This document shows positions 22,723 to 33,561 of a DNA stretch of 64,000 nt, piece after piece. Source of the stretch: an uncultured delta proteobacterium (lineage in GTDB: Bacteria; Myxococcota_A; Polyangia; Fen-1088); contig CAWCMR010000025.1 of the NCBI GenBank assembly GCA_963796685.1, positions 896,001-960,000 of the forward strand, given 5' to 3'. Under the pieces are notes generated by a model, which had not been told where the DNA came from, made no database searches, and worked only from the letters and a program-made list of their open reading frames with translations. A program made the translations under genes and the position numbers. Each line of letters starts with the position of its first letter. Within the stretch, counting starts at the first letter, position 1.

Positions 22723-23330
22723 CTGCCGAGGCACCTCAAGCGGATCGAATGCTCGACCTCGGTGCCGTGGTCATCGGCGGCTCCGCGGGCGCCCTCGACG
22801 CGCTCCTGAGCCTTCTCGAGCGGCTCCCGCAGCACTTTGCGCCGCCTATCGCGGTCGTCCTGCACACGCCGAAGGAGCTTCCGAGTGTATTGGTCACGGC
22901 GCTTTCTCACCGCTGCCCGCTTCCGGTACGCGAGCCGGAGGACAAGGAACCGCTTCAGGCTGGGACCGTCTTCGTCGCGGCTCCCGGTTACCATCTACTC
23001 GTCGAGCCCGGGCCTTGCTTCGGCTTCTCGGTTGACGCCCCCGAGAACTACTCGCGTCCATCGATTGACGTCCTCTTCGACTCGGCCGTGGACGTCTACG
23101 GGGATCGCCTGGTTGGCGTAATCCTCTCCGGCGCGAACAACGATGGCGCGAACGGGCTCGCCTCCGTCTGCAAGGCCGGCGGGCTCGCCCTCGTGCAGGC
23201 GCCGGCCGAAGCGGCCAGCCCCGAGATGCCGAGTGCGGCGCTGGCAGCTTGTCCGGCCGCGCAGGTTCTGCCGGCGGCTCGCATCGCCGAGCGGCTCATC
23301 TCCGTTTCCCAAGCTAGGGCCCTGAAATGA
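22719..23330 (+). CDS. cheB: Stand-alone CheB methylesterase
   Basis: 'IGGSAG', 'VLH', 'SRPSIDVLF', 'LSGANNDGA'; no REC domain. Confidence 0.9.
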   Translation: MTAEAPQADRMLDLGAVVIGGSAGALDALLSLLERLPQHFAPPIAVVLHTPKELPSVLVTALSHRCPLPVREPEDKEPLQAGTVFVAAPGYHLLVEPGPCFGFSVDAPENYSRPSIDVLFDSAVDVYGDRLVGVILSGANNDGANGLASVCKAGGLALVQAPAEAASPEMPSAALAACPAAQVLPAARIAERLISVSQARALK

Positions 23331-23337
23331 GGACCGC

Positions 23338-25633
23338 ATGAGCGCACAACCCAAGGTTCTGTTGGTCGACGATCGTCCGGACAACTTGCTCGCGATCGAG
23401 GCGCAGCTTCGCCCGCTCGACGCCCAGTTCCTCAAGGCTGGCTCGGGGCGGGAGGCGCTCGATCTTCTTCTCGAGCACGAGGTGGCGGTGGCCATCGTGG
23501 ACGTCCAGATGCCGGAGATGGACGGGTTCGAGCTGGCGGAGCTCATGCGCGGCTCGCTGCGAACGAGGAGGATCCCGATCATTTTCGTCACCGCGGGAAT
23601 CCACAATCTGTCCCGGGTCTTCAAGGGATACGAGGCTGGCGCCGTCGATTTCCTCGTCAAGCCCATCGAGACCCGCGTGCTCGTCAACAAGGTTGGCATC
23701 TTCCTCGAGCTCGAGCAGCAGCGTCGCTCCCTCGCCCTGCGCATCGAACAGCTCGAGGCCGCGGAGATGGCGAAGCACGACAGCGAACACCGCTTCCAGA
23801 CGATGGCCGACAACATCGCGCCGCTCGCCTGGATGGCGCGACCCGATGGCGACGTCTTCTGGTACAACCGCCGGTGGTACGAGTACACAGGCACGACCCC
23901 CGCGCAGATGAAGGGCTGGGGTTGGAAATCCGTCCACGACCCCGACCTCCTTCCCGAAGTCGTGAAACGCTGGACCGCGGCCATCGCCGCAGGTCGCGAG
24001 TTCGAGATGGAGTTCCCGCTGCGCAGCGCCGACGGCAAGTATCGGCGTTTCCTGACGCGTGCATTTCCGCGCAAGGGCGAGGACGGACAGGTGCTCGAGT
24101 GGTTTGGCACCAACACGGACGTGACCTCCCTGCTCGAGACGCAACGAGCGCTGCGCGATAGCGAGCAGCGTTTCCGCGAGCTGGCCGAGACCCTTCCGCA
24201 GATGGTATTCGAGCTTCCGCTCTGACGAGCCCGGAGGCTACTTCAACCACCGCTGGATGGAGTACACGGGGCAACCGTTGGGCGATTTCTCGACGAGGCT
24301 GGAGCTTGTCCATCCGGAAGACCGCGAGCGCACGCAGGCAACGTGGGCCGAAGCCCTCGCGACCGGCACGCCGTACGAATGCGAGTACCGTTTCCGACGG
24401 CACGACGGCCAGTACCGCTGGGTCCTGTCGCGAGCGCTCCCCTTCGCGGACGAGAGCGGCGCGGTCAAACGCTGGTTCGGCACCGCGACGGACGTCCACG
24501 ACTTGAAGGCCGCGCAAGAGGCCCTGGGTGAGGCCGATCGGCGCAAGACCGAGTTCCTGGCCGTCCTCTCGCACGAGCTGCGCAACCCGCTCGCGCCGAT
24601 CAAGAACAGTCTCTACATCCTCGATCGCGCCGCTCCGGGGGGCGAGCAGGCGACCCGCGCCAAGGAGACCATCAGCCGGCAGGTCGACCAACTCACCAAT
24701 CTGGTGAACGATCTCCTCGACGTCACCCGCATCACGCGGAACAAGGTTCGGCTACAAAAGGAGCCCCTCGAGCTCAATGAGATTGTCCGCCGGACCGCCG
24801 AGGACAACCGCTCGCTCTTCGAGAAGAACCGGGTCGAGCTGCAGGTCGAGCTCACTTCGATCCCCATCGCGATCAGCGCCGACCGCACCCGACTCGCCCA
24901 GCTCATCAGCAATCTGCTGCAGAACGCGGCGAAGTTCACGCCGGCGGGGGGAACCACGCGCATCTCCGTGGAAGCCACTGGTGGCACAGCGACCGTGCAC
25001 GTCGCCGACAATGGCGTCGGAATGGCGGCGCCAACGCTGCAAAGGCTATTCCAGCCGTTCGCGCAGGCGGCCCAGTCCATCGACCGCAGCGGCGGTGGGC
25101 TCGGCCTTGGCCTGGCCTTGGTGAAGGGATTGGCCGAGCTGCATGGCGGGCGAATCACCGCGCGCAGCGACGGGCTGGACAAGGGCTCGGAATTCGTCCT
25201 CGAGCTTCCCTGCGAGGCGGCGATGAGCGAGCGGCCCGTGCCCGCTTTCGCCCAGGTCGACCGCGCGCCCCGGCGCATCCTCATCATCGAGGATAACCTG
25301 GACGCGGCGGAGAGTCTGCGCGAGGTCCTTGAGCTTCAGGAGCATGAGGTCGCCGTGGCCCACAACGGTACGCAGGGACTCCGGCGAGCGCTGGAGTTCC
25401 GGCCGGACGTGATCCTGTGCGACATCGGTCTACCAGGCATGGACGGTTACGAGGTCGCGCGCGCTTTACGAGCGGACGAGCGGATGCGATCGGTCCACCT
25501 GGTGGCGCTGAGCGGGTATGCGCTGCCCGAGGATGTGATTCGGGCAAAGGAGGCCGGGTTCGAGGAGCACCTTGCCAAGCCGCCCAGCATCGAACGGCTG
25601 ACCGAGATTCTGTCTCATACTTTTGCGCGGTGA
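23338..25633 (+). CDS. Hybrid histidine kinase REC-PAS-PAS-HisKA-HATPase-REC, with an apparent frameshift at ~24215
   Basis: The two ORFs 23338-24225 and 24257-25633 split the second PAS domain; 'LSHELRNPLAP', 'LCDIGLPGMDG'. Confidence 0.88.
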
Positions 25634-25727
25634 TGTAACCAGCAGGCCGCACCGGCGCGAGCGTTGCTCGGTCGTGTAGCAGCGTCGCCTTGGCCTCGAT
25701 TTGCCATGCCGACCGCTCCTATGCCCC

Positions 25728-26156
25728 TCACACCCCGGCTCCCAGTACCGCCAGAAACGCTCGTGGTTGCATGATGCGAATCCCCTCATAGTCGCCCAGG
25801 GTTAAGAGATGCTTGTCGCCACTCACGATGACCGACGCGCGGCCGGATACGGCGGCGTAGAGGTATTTGTCGTCGTCGGGATCTTGCGAGACTTGGGATG
25901 AGAACACGCCATCCTCGACGAGATCTGCAAGCAGGAGGATGCTGTCGAGCCACTGGATGGCATCAATGGGAGCGCGCAAGCATCTGCGCACCGCCGGGTA
26001 GGCAAGCGCGGTCGCGATTTCGGTGACCATCGCGGGGGACATGACCAACTCGAACGCCTCATCGCGTAGGAAGAGACGCAGGATCTGGCCGGGAGGCCCC
26101 TCCGGGCGAATCGCCGCACTGACGAATACGTTTGCGTCGACAACCGCGCGAAGCAC
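25728..26156 (-). CDS. PIN-domain putative toxin
   Basis: 'VVDANVFVS', 'DPDDDKYL', 'IVSGDKHLL'. Confidence 0.88.
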   Translation of the reverse strand: MLRAVVDANVFVSAAIRPEGPPGQILRLFLRDEAFELVMSPAMVTEIATALAYPAVRRCLRAPIDAIQWLDSILLLADLVEDGVFSSQVSQDPDDDKYLYAAVSGRASVIVSGDKHLLTLGDYEGIRIMQPRAFLAVLGAGV

Positions 26157-26352
26157 GGGTCACTTTCGCGGGGGTTTGACTGGATCTTGGTGGAGACGCA
26201 AATCTGCCACTGTGGGACGGCACGCGGCCCGACTACGACTGGGCGGTGGCGGCGTTGTTTCAAGCCTCCACGCGCTGACAGGCCTTTGGCGTCACGGAAG
26301 TCCCTGCATTTTCCAGTGGCCCTGCGCCTTCCCACGGCACTATCTTTTGCCC

Positions 26353-27276
26353 ATGTCCATGATGAAGGCCGATCCGCGGCGGCGTCGCCAACTTCCGGTG
26401 AAGGGACCGTTGGTCTTCTGGCGGTTAGGCCAGGATGGCATTTCGCACGTGGGTTTGGTGGTGGTGGTCAATGCCTGTGTGAACCCGGGTTGTCCCTGCC
26501 GCGAGGTCACCTTGATGGTGCACAGGGTGGAGGACCAGATTGTCGGCGTCGAACTGAAGGGCAGCACGATCCGGTTCTTCTTCCACAAGGACGATGGGAT
26601 TGGTGGAAGCGAATTCGAAAGTGCCCGCGTCCTGCTTGCGGATCTGGATCTTGATGCAGGTCACGTGGAGATCGGCAAGAATGCCGCCGCAGACGCGCGC
26701 GACGAATCCGCGCTGGCCTGGCTGCGCGAGGAATTGGACGGCCCGGTTCTCGACCATATTGCCAATCAGGCGCTGCGCCTCAAGGGGCTTCGCCCGCTCG
26801 CTCGCGTGGAGGTCATGAGCTTCAAGCGGAATGTGCTCGTGGCATTCGGCGAGGCCTATCTGCACGGGCGCGTCGATGTCTATGTCATCGACGGCTTTCG
26901 TGTCGAGGTCTTGGATGTCTATTGCGTGGAGCCCGGCTGTTCTTGCACGGAAATGCGCTTCATCGTGGGTGGTGGTGACCGCGATATGGGATCCATCATC
27001 GTGGATCTGGGCAAGCCGGAACGACCACGATTCGACGGCCATCCTGTGCTGCCTCGACTGTGGCAAGCCATCCGGGGGCGTTACCCGAGCATGGATGTAT
27101 TTCAAAAGCGCGCTGTCAAGATGAAGGAGGCTGGGCCCGACATCATCGCCCAGGCCCAAGCGCGACACCGTGCTGCAAAACCGGCCATCAGTCGCAACCA
27201 GCCCTGCCCTTGCGGCTCGGGCAAGAAGTACAAGCGCTGCTGCATCCGCAAAACCGTGGCGCCCCCCGCAATTTGA
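26353..27276 (+). CDS. SEC-C motif protein with two CxxPxCxC repeats
   Basis: C-terminal 'RNQPCPCGSGKKYKRCC'; internal 'CVNPGCPC' and 'CVEPGCSC'. Confidence 0.8.
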   Translation: MSMMKADPRRRRQLPVKGPLVFWRLGQDGISHVGLVVVVNACVNPGCPCREVTLMVHRVEDQIVGVELKGSTIRFFFHKDDGIGGSEFESARVLLADLDLDAGHVEIGKNAAADARDESALAWLREELDGPVLDHIANQALRLKGLRPLARVEVMSFKRNVLVAFGEAYLHGRVDVYVIDGFRVEVLDVYCVEPGCSCTEMRFIVGGGDRDMGSIIVDLGKPERPRFDGHPVLPRLWQAIRGRYPSMDVFQKRAVKMKEAGPDIIAQAQARHRAAKPAISRNQPCPCGSGKKYKRCCIRKTVAPPAI

Positions 27277-27397
27277 TCTTCGTGTGACAGTCCCTGTCAA
27301 CATGGCGGTCGTACCTTGGCAGCATGGGCCAGACCATGTCTCTGCTTGTCTATGAATCCCAAGGATTGCCTGACGCTGCCGAGGCCGCTGTGGTGCT

Positions 27398-28901
27398 CTA
27401 CTGATCGGTCTTGGGTGCTTCGGCCGGCGGTTGCAGCAGCGTCAGCTTGCTCAGATCCGGCTCGGTCGGACTGCCGTCGATGAGAATGTCGTGGCAGGTA
27501 TCGCAGTCGTTGGGGATGACCTCGCCGCTCTTGGCGTTCTTCATGTTGCCGTCGTGGCAGCGAAAGCAGCCGGGAAAATCGTCGTGTCCGATGTTGTTCG
27601 GATGGGTCTTGGAGTTGGTGTTCATCTCCGGGAACACCGTACGGTCGTAAATCTGCGCGGCCTCCTCGGAGCCGCGCGCGACCAGGGCGCCCTGCTTGGC
27701 CACGATCTCGGGATAGGTGGTCGCGTAGAACTGGGCCATGGCGTTGCGTACGCCCGCGACGCCCAGCTCGTGGGTGGGATAGGAGGCCGAGACCGCTTTC
27801 ACCACCTCGCGCTTGTAGAAGGGTAGCGCGCGCAGGTCGGCCTGCCGCTGCAAGACCGCATCCGTTGCCTTGGGCGGGGTTTCGAAGAGGTGGGTCGGGC
27901 GGTTGTGGCAATCGATGCAGTCCATCAGCCGGGCGCCGGACGCAATGCGATCCGCGGTGGGTGGCTGCGTGTCCTCGCGCACGAACTCTTTGCGCTTGCC
28001 GTCCGGCGTGGTGAGCTTCGACCCACGCCATCTCCTGCCGGCGCTTGTCGGTGGCGAGGTAACGAATCTTGTTGTCGGCGTAGATGTGCCACCAGTGGAT
28101 ACCACCGTGCTGCTGGTTGGCGTTCGCCGCGCCGCCGCCGGTCTTGAGCAGCAGAGCGGTGAAGCTGGGGGTGTTCTTCTCGTCGTCGGCGAACCGGCCG
28201 ATGAGCTTGAGCTTGTCGCCGTAGTGCTTGGCCGGCCAGTGGCAGCCTTCGCACGTGTCGCGCGCCGGGCGCAGGGTGTGCACCGGCGAGGCGATGGGGT
28301 GCGCGTAGGTACCGGTCAAGACTTTGTAGACCTGGCGCAGGCCATCGAACTTGGAACGAACCATGAACGACGCGCCCGGGCCGATGTGGCACTGGACGCA
28401 CCGGACCCGCGAGTGTGGCGAGTTCTGGTAGGCGGTGTATTCGGGCTGCATGACCTTGTGGCAAACCGCGCCGCAGAACTTCGGGGTGTCCATGAAGTTG
28501 ACCGCGACCGCCGTGCTGGTGGCGAGCAAGATCCCGTTGACCACCGTCAGCCCGACGACGAGAAAGGTCGCGCGCCGGACGTGCGCGTCGTTGAAATCCA
28601 GGCGGGGATAGGACGGAACCTCTCCGGGCAAGTCGCCCTGCCTTCTCAGCTTGCGCCGGCGGAGCACGATGCCGACGGGCATGGCGACGAGGCCGGTGAC
28701 GAAGACGGCGGGAAGGAATGCCAAGCCCACGAGGCCAAGGTAGGGGTTCTCGATCACGCCGGAGGCCTCGAGGATCAAGAATGCGAGCAGGGTAATGCCC
28801 GACATGGTGGTGAGGCCGAACCCGAGCAAGGTCAGGGTGTTCTTCGCGTAGGTGGCCAGACGGGCCAGCGAAGGAGAAGGCGACTTGGACGAGCTCGTCA
28901 T
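27398..28901 (-). CDS. NapC/NirT-family membrane-anchored multiheme cytochrome c, with an apparent frameshift at ~28020
   Basis: 3 TM helices; CGAVCH (CX3CH), CVQCH, CEGCH, then in another frame CIDCH, CFRCH, CDTCH. Confidence 0.88.
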
Positions 28902-29114
28902 GGTCGAGTATCCGATCGTTTTGCGACCACGGGTCGGGACCAGTTTCCCGAAGCGGGCCGGGGTTTGGAGGGTTGTAGGTGGGGGGCAGTACCGGCCGCA
29001 TGCGCCAGGCAATAAAGGAATTAAGGAGTCCTTTAGTCTTGATTATTGATAGCACAAGCACCGCATACGGCAACCCACGATCTGCACCCGACCTTCCCGG
29101 CCGGAAAAGAGGCG

Positions 29115-29864
29115 CTACGGTCGCGCGGCCAGAGCCGCCGCGGTGCGCTTGTAGATGTCTTCCGGCGAGCCTTCGGCCGGAATGGACACGAGCAGACCGC
29201 GCTGGCGATAGTAGTCGGCCAGCGGCGCGGTGCTCTTTTCGTAGGCTTCCATGCGCACGCGGATGGCCTCGGGTCGGTCGTCCTCGCGCAGCATGAGCTG
29301 CCCGCCGCACAGGTCGCACACGTCCGCCACCTTGGGCGGCTTGGTGGTCACGTGGTACACGGCCTTACAACCCGAGCAGGTCCGGCGGCCCGAAAGCCTC
29401 GACACGATCTGGTCGATGGGGAGATCGTAGCTGAGCACGGCGTCCAGCTTCATGGCGAGCACGCCCAGGATGGAGGCCAGGGCCTCGGCCTGGTGCACGG
29501 TGCGCGGGAAACCGTCGAGCAGGAAACCGCCGGGGCAGCGCAGACAGTTCGGCCGCTCACGCACGATGCCGATGACCGTCTCGTCGGGAACCAGCTCGCC
29601 CCGCTTCATGTACTCGAGCGCTTGGTTCAGCGCGGGTGTGCGCTCGCTCGGGTCCAAGGTCTTGGCGGCGCGAAAGACATCGCCCGTCGACAAGTGGCAG
29701 GGTCCGAGCCGTTCGCTGATGAGCTCGGCCTGGGTTCCCTTGCCCACCCCCGGTGCGCCCAGCAATACCAAGCGGTACGCGCGAGCGCCGGGGGCCAGCG
29801 TCACCTGGCAATTGGCGATTCCACCTTTGAACCATGCAGTACGGTCGTGCTTTGTTGCAGTCAT
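29115..29864 (-). CDS. adk: Adenylate kinase with Zn-binding LID and an N-terminal extension
   Basis: 'LLGAPGVGKGTQA', 'LSTGDVFR', 'LLDGFPRT', LID 'CSGC...CDLC'. Confidence 0.95.
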   Translation of the reverse strand: MTATKHDRTAWFKGGIANCQVTLAPGARAYRLVLLGAPGVGKGTQAELISERLGPCHLSTGDVFRAAKTLDPSERTPALNQALEYMKRGELVPDETVIGIVRERPNCLRCPGGFLLDGFPRTVHQAEALASILGVLAMKLDAVLSYDLPIDQIVSRLSGRRTCSGCKAVYHVTTKPPKVADVCDLCGGQLMLREDDRPEAIRVRMEAYEKSTAPLADYYRQRGLLVSIPAEGSPEDIYKRTAAALAARP

Positions 29865-30105
29865 CTTGGCCGCGCAGCTTAGCAGCATCCGATGGTTGAG
29901 CGTGCTGTTTTCCGAGCTCGGAGAACCCGCGAATCCCGCTTCTGATGAGCCGCTTGGGATGAGAGAATCGGGCCGCTTCTTCTCGGACCCGCTCATCGAC
30001 ACCGCTCGCCTCGCGACCGAGGACAAGCTGACGATCTTCTACCCGCAGAAGAGCTCGGCCAACATTTACGTTCTCGATGAGTCGATCGAGTAGGCGGCGA
30101 AGAAG

Positions 30106-30606
30106 TTACGCGGCCTTCTGAAATTTGCCGCCAGCCAAGCCGCAGACGGGGCATTTGTCGGGTGCGGCCCCGAGCTCCAGGTGGCCGCACACCGGGCACA
30201 CGTAGATTTCCATGGCCGAGAGATCCTGGCCGGCTTGCAAGGCTTGCAGGGCCTGCTGATACAGATCGGCGTGCACCTTCTCGACGGCGTTTGCCCACTT
30301 GAGCATGGTCTTGCCGCGATGGCCTTCCTGCTCGGCCTGCGCGACCATGGGCGGGTACATGGTGGTGAACTCGTGGGTCTCGCCCGCGATAGCGTCCTTC
30401 AAGTTGTCCAGCGTCGAGCCCACGCCGCCCAGGTTTTGCAGGTGGGCAAGGGCGTGGATGGTCTCGGCCTCGGCGGCGGCACGAAAGAGCTTGCCGATTT
30501 GCGGGTAACCTTCCTTCTCGGCCTTGCTCGCATAGGCTAGGTACTTGCGGTTGGCCTGGCTTTCGCCGGCAAAGGCGGTCTTGAGGTTTTCGGCGGTGGT
30601 CGGCAT
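30106..30606 (-). CDS. rbr: Rubrerythrin
   Basis: 'AFAGESQA', 'ETIHA', 'EKVH', C-terminal 'CPVC...CPVC'. Confidence 0.95.
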   Translation of the reverse strand: MPTTAENLKTAFAGESQANRKYLAYASKAEKEGYPQIGKLFRAAAEAETIHALAHLQNLGGVGSTLDNLKDAIAGETHEFTTMYPPMVAQAEQEGHRGKTMLKWANAVEKVHADLYQQALQALQAGQDLSAMEIYVCPVCGHLELGAAPDKCPVCGLAGGKFQKAA

Positions 30607-30700
30607 GGTTGCTCCTTGGCGTAAGGTGGAGCGAAGGAGCTTCGACGCGTAGGAGGCGACAAGCAAGATTCAAAGGTATCGACTATGATGAGAGCCTGCG

Positions 30701-31984
30701 ATGAGACTCGACGCCTATCCCCTTGAAGCGCTCGCGGCCCGCGTGGGCACGCCATTCTACCTCTACGACGCCGGCATCCTGCGCGCGGCCCTGCGACGCC
30801 TGACCGCCATGGCCAGCGGCCCGAACCTGGTCGTACGCTACGCGATGAAGGCGAACTCGGCGCGCGCCGTGCTGCACATCGTGCGCGAGGCGGGCCTGTG
30901 GATCGACGCCGTCAGCGGCAACGAGGTGCTGCGCGCGGCCCGCGCCGGCTTTCCCCTCGGCGCCAACCCGCCGGTCATCATGCTGACCTCGGATGTCTAC
31001 CGCGACAACTCGCTCGACGTCATTCTTCGCGAAGGCGTGCTGCCCAATGTGGGTTCCCCCGGCCAAATCGGGCAACTGGTGGCGGCCGGGTACCGCGGCC
31101 CCATCGCCATGCGTGCCAACCCCGGCTTCGGCCATGGCCACGTGCAATCGTGCGACACCGGCGGCCCGTCGTCCAAGCACGGCATCTGGTATGAGGATCC
31201 GATCTTCTCCGATGCGCGCAAACAGGCCGCCGCGGCGGGGCTCAAGATCGTGGCCTTGCACACCCACATCGGCACCGGGCCCAACCCGCGGGAATTCGAT
31301 CGCAATGCGCGCAAGCTGGTGGATTTCTTCGCCGGCATCTTGCCCAGCTTTCCCGACGTCGAGGCCGTCAACTTCGGCGGCGGCATCCCGCACCCCTATC
31401 GCCCGGGTCAGAAGCCCTACGATCTCGACTGGCTGGGGCCCGTGCTCACCGATGCGGTCGCCCGTTTCGCGGCGGTACGCGGACGGCCGGTGCGGGTCGA
31501 GATCGAGCCCGGCCGCTATCCCGTCGCGGGCATGGGGCTCCTCGTGTGCCGCGTGCACGACGTGAAGAGCACGCACGACAACGACAAGGGGAAGGGCCAT
31601 CGCTTCGTCATGGTCGACGGCGGCTTCTGCGACCTCGTGCGGCCCGCCATGTACGGCGCCTACCACCACATCTCGATCCTGGGCAAGGGCGAGAGCCGCG
31701 CCCCGGAGCCGCTGGTGGTGGCCGGCCCCCTGTGCGAGAGCGGGGACGTGTTCACGCGTGACGAGCACGAGCTGCTCGACCCGCGGCTTTTGCCGCGTCC
31801 CGAGCCGGGCGACCTGCTCGTGCTCCACGACGCCGGCGCGTACGGCGCGGCCATGAGCTCCAACTACGTTTCCCAAGGGCGGGTTCCGCAAATCCTGTGG
31901 GACGAGGGGCGGGCGACCCTCATCGCGCGCCGGGAAACCGTCGAGGATTTGGTCCGCACCGAATGTGAGGAGCGTCTGCTTTAG
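30701..31984 (+). CDS. lysA: Diaminopimelate decarboxylase
   Basis: 'YAMKAN', 'HTHIG', 'FGGG', 'EPGRY', 'GPLCESGD', 'GAYGAAMSSNY'. Confidence 0.92.
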   Translation: MRLDAYPLEALAARVGTPFYLYDAGILRAALRRLTAMASGPNLVVRYAMKANSARAVLHIVREAGLWIDAVSGNEVLRAARAGFPLGANPPVIMLTSDVYRDNSLDVILREGVLPNVGSPGQIGQLVAAGYRGPIAMRANPGFGHGHVQSCDTGGPSSKHGIWYEDPIFSDARKQAAAAGLKIVALHTHIGTGPNPREFDRNARKLVDFFAGILPSFPDVEAVNFGGGIPHPYRPGQKPYDLDWLGPVLTDAVARFAAVRGRPVRVEIEPGRYPVAGMGLLVCRVHDVKSTHDNDKGKGHRFVMVDGGFCDLVRPAMYGAYHHISILGKGESRAPEPLVVAGPLCESGDVFTRDEHELLDPRLLPRPEPGDLLVLHDAGAYGAAMSSNYVSQGRVPQILWDEGRATLIARRETVEDLVRTECEERLL

Positions 31985-32008
31985 GGTCCAATCCCAGGGG
32001 AGGCTTGC

Positions 32009-32851
32009 GTGCTCGACCTTCATCAACTCATCGCCAAGGCCCACGACCTCGAACCCATCCCGATGAGCGGGACCAAGCTGGCGAACCTCGTCGTCGATCC
32101 CGAGTCGACCCTGGAGAGCATCACCGAGGTGGTCAGCCTGGACCAGGCCCTGACTGGCCGGGCCCTGCGCGCCGCCAACTCCGCCGCCAGCGCCGCGCGT
32201 TCGACCATCACCACGGTCAAAGACGCCGTCGTTCGCCTCGGGCGCAGCACCATGCTCACCCTCGCCTTTGGAACCAAAGTCCGCCAGCAACTACAGCAGG
32301 CCATCCCCGAATTCGGGCTGGCCGAAAACATGCTATGGCGCCACTCCGTCGCTGCGGCGCTTGCCGCCGAAGCCATGGGGTCGCTGTGCCAGGTGCCAAT
32401 TCCTCCTGAGTCCTATGCGGCGGCGCTGTTGCACGACATCGGCAAGCTGGTGCTCGCGCGCTTCCTCGACCCCGAGTTGCTCTCGTACCTCGAGCGCGCG
32501 CAGCGCGAAGGTCGCGACAGCCCCCTCGAAGCCGAGATGGAGATCCTGGAGGTCAACCACGCCGAGCTCGGCGGGCTGATCGCGCGCCACTGGGGTCTGC
32601 CGAGCACCATCGCACTCGGCATCCAATACCATCACACGCCCACCGACGATCACCCGCTGGTCTGCCACGTGGTCTGCGTCGCCAACGTGCTGGCCAAGAC
32701 CATCGTGCCCGAGACCGAGGCGCCACCGCCCTACCCCGAAGATCATACGGCTTCGTTCCGCAAGCTCGGCATCGATGGCGAGCTCGAAAAGCGCATCTGC
32801 CAGGCCGTCGGCGCCCGCTTCGCCAAAGTCCTCGAGCTCTTCGGCCTGTGA
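32009..32851 (+). CDS. HDOD domain protein
   Basis: 'DQALTGRALRAANS', 'WRHS', 'LLHDIGKL', 'HWGLP', 'YHH'. Confidence 0.9.
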   Translation: MLDLHQLIAKAHDLEPIPMSGTKLANLVVDPESTLESITEVVSLDQALTGRALRAANSAASAARSTITTVKDAVVRLGRSTMLTLAFGTKVRQQLQQAIPEFGLAENMLWRHSVAAALAAEAMGSLCQVPIPPESYAAALLHDIGKLVLARFLDPELLSYLERAQREGRDSPLEAEMEILEVNHAELGGLIARHWGLPSTIALGIQYHHTPTDDHPLVCHVVCVANVLAKTIVPETEAPPPYPEDHTASFRKLGIDGELEKRICQAVGARFAKVLELFGL

Positions 32852-32883
32852 AGGCTCGGCCCCTCACAGAACCTCCGAGGCTT

Positions 32884-33561
32884 CCCATGATCGCGTTGGC
32901 GTAGCCGGGCTTTGCCCGGCGAAGCCAGAGCGCGGGAAGGAATGGAAACCCTTCGAGGGTTTCCATATCAGTCGCGTTGGCGTAGCCGGGCTTTGCCCGG
33001 CGAAGCCAGAGCGCGGGAAGGAATGGAAACCCTTCGAGGGTTTCCATATCAGTCGCGTTGGCGTAGCCGGGCTTTGCCCACCGACTGCGTCGGTGCTTCG
33101 GGACCTCCACCTCCCCGCCCTCCCCCTCGCGTCCTTCGGACGCACCCCTCGCGGCTTCGCCAGAGCGCGGGAAGGAATGGAAAACCTTCGAGGGTTTCCA
33201 TATCAGTCGCGTTGGCGTAGCCGGGCTTTGCCCACCGACTGCGTCGGTGCTTCGGGACCTCCACCTCCCCGCCCTCCCCCTCGCGTCCTTCGGACGCACC
33301 CCTCGCGGCTCCGCCAGAGCGCGGGAGGGTTTGGGAACCCTCCAGTACCGCCGCCGGGCCCAAGGCCCGGATCCTTCGGTCATGACACGTGGCAGCCCCT
33401 CACCCTCCTCGCTTGCGCTCGGCGACCTCTCCCCGCTCCGCTCCGCTGCGCGGGGCGAGGTGGTTTCAGGTCAGGGTTCCCATGATCGCGTTGGCGTAGC
33501 CGGGCTTTGCCCGGCGAAGCCAGAGCGCGGGAGGGTTTGGGAACCCTCCCAGGGTTCCCAT
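32884..33561. repeat. Nested tandem array of palindromic modules (BIME-like) between convergent genes
   Basis: 27-nt anchor TCGCGTTGGCGTAGCCGGGCTTTGCCC at 32891, 32972, 33053, 33207 and 33486; hairpin ATGGAAACCCTTCGAGGGTTTCCAT. Confidence 0.92.

Noticed and set aside
24210-24260. Selenocysteine/readthrough TGA or programmed frameshift in the hybrid kinase
   Set aside because: The downstream part is in a different frame, there is no slippery site, and similar indels occur throughout the window.
32884-33561. CRISPR array (27-nt repeat, 5 copies)
   Set aside because: The intervening sequences are identical or nested rather than unique, vary from 54 to about 250 nt, and no cas genes are present.
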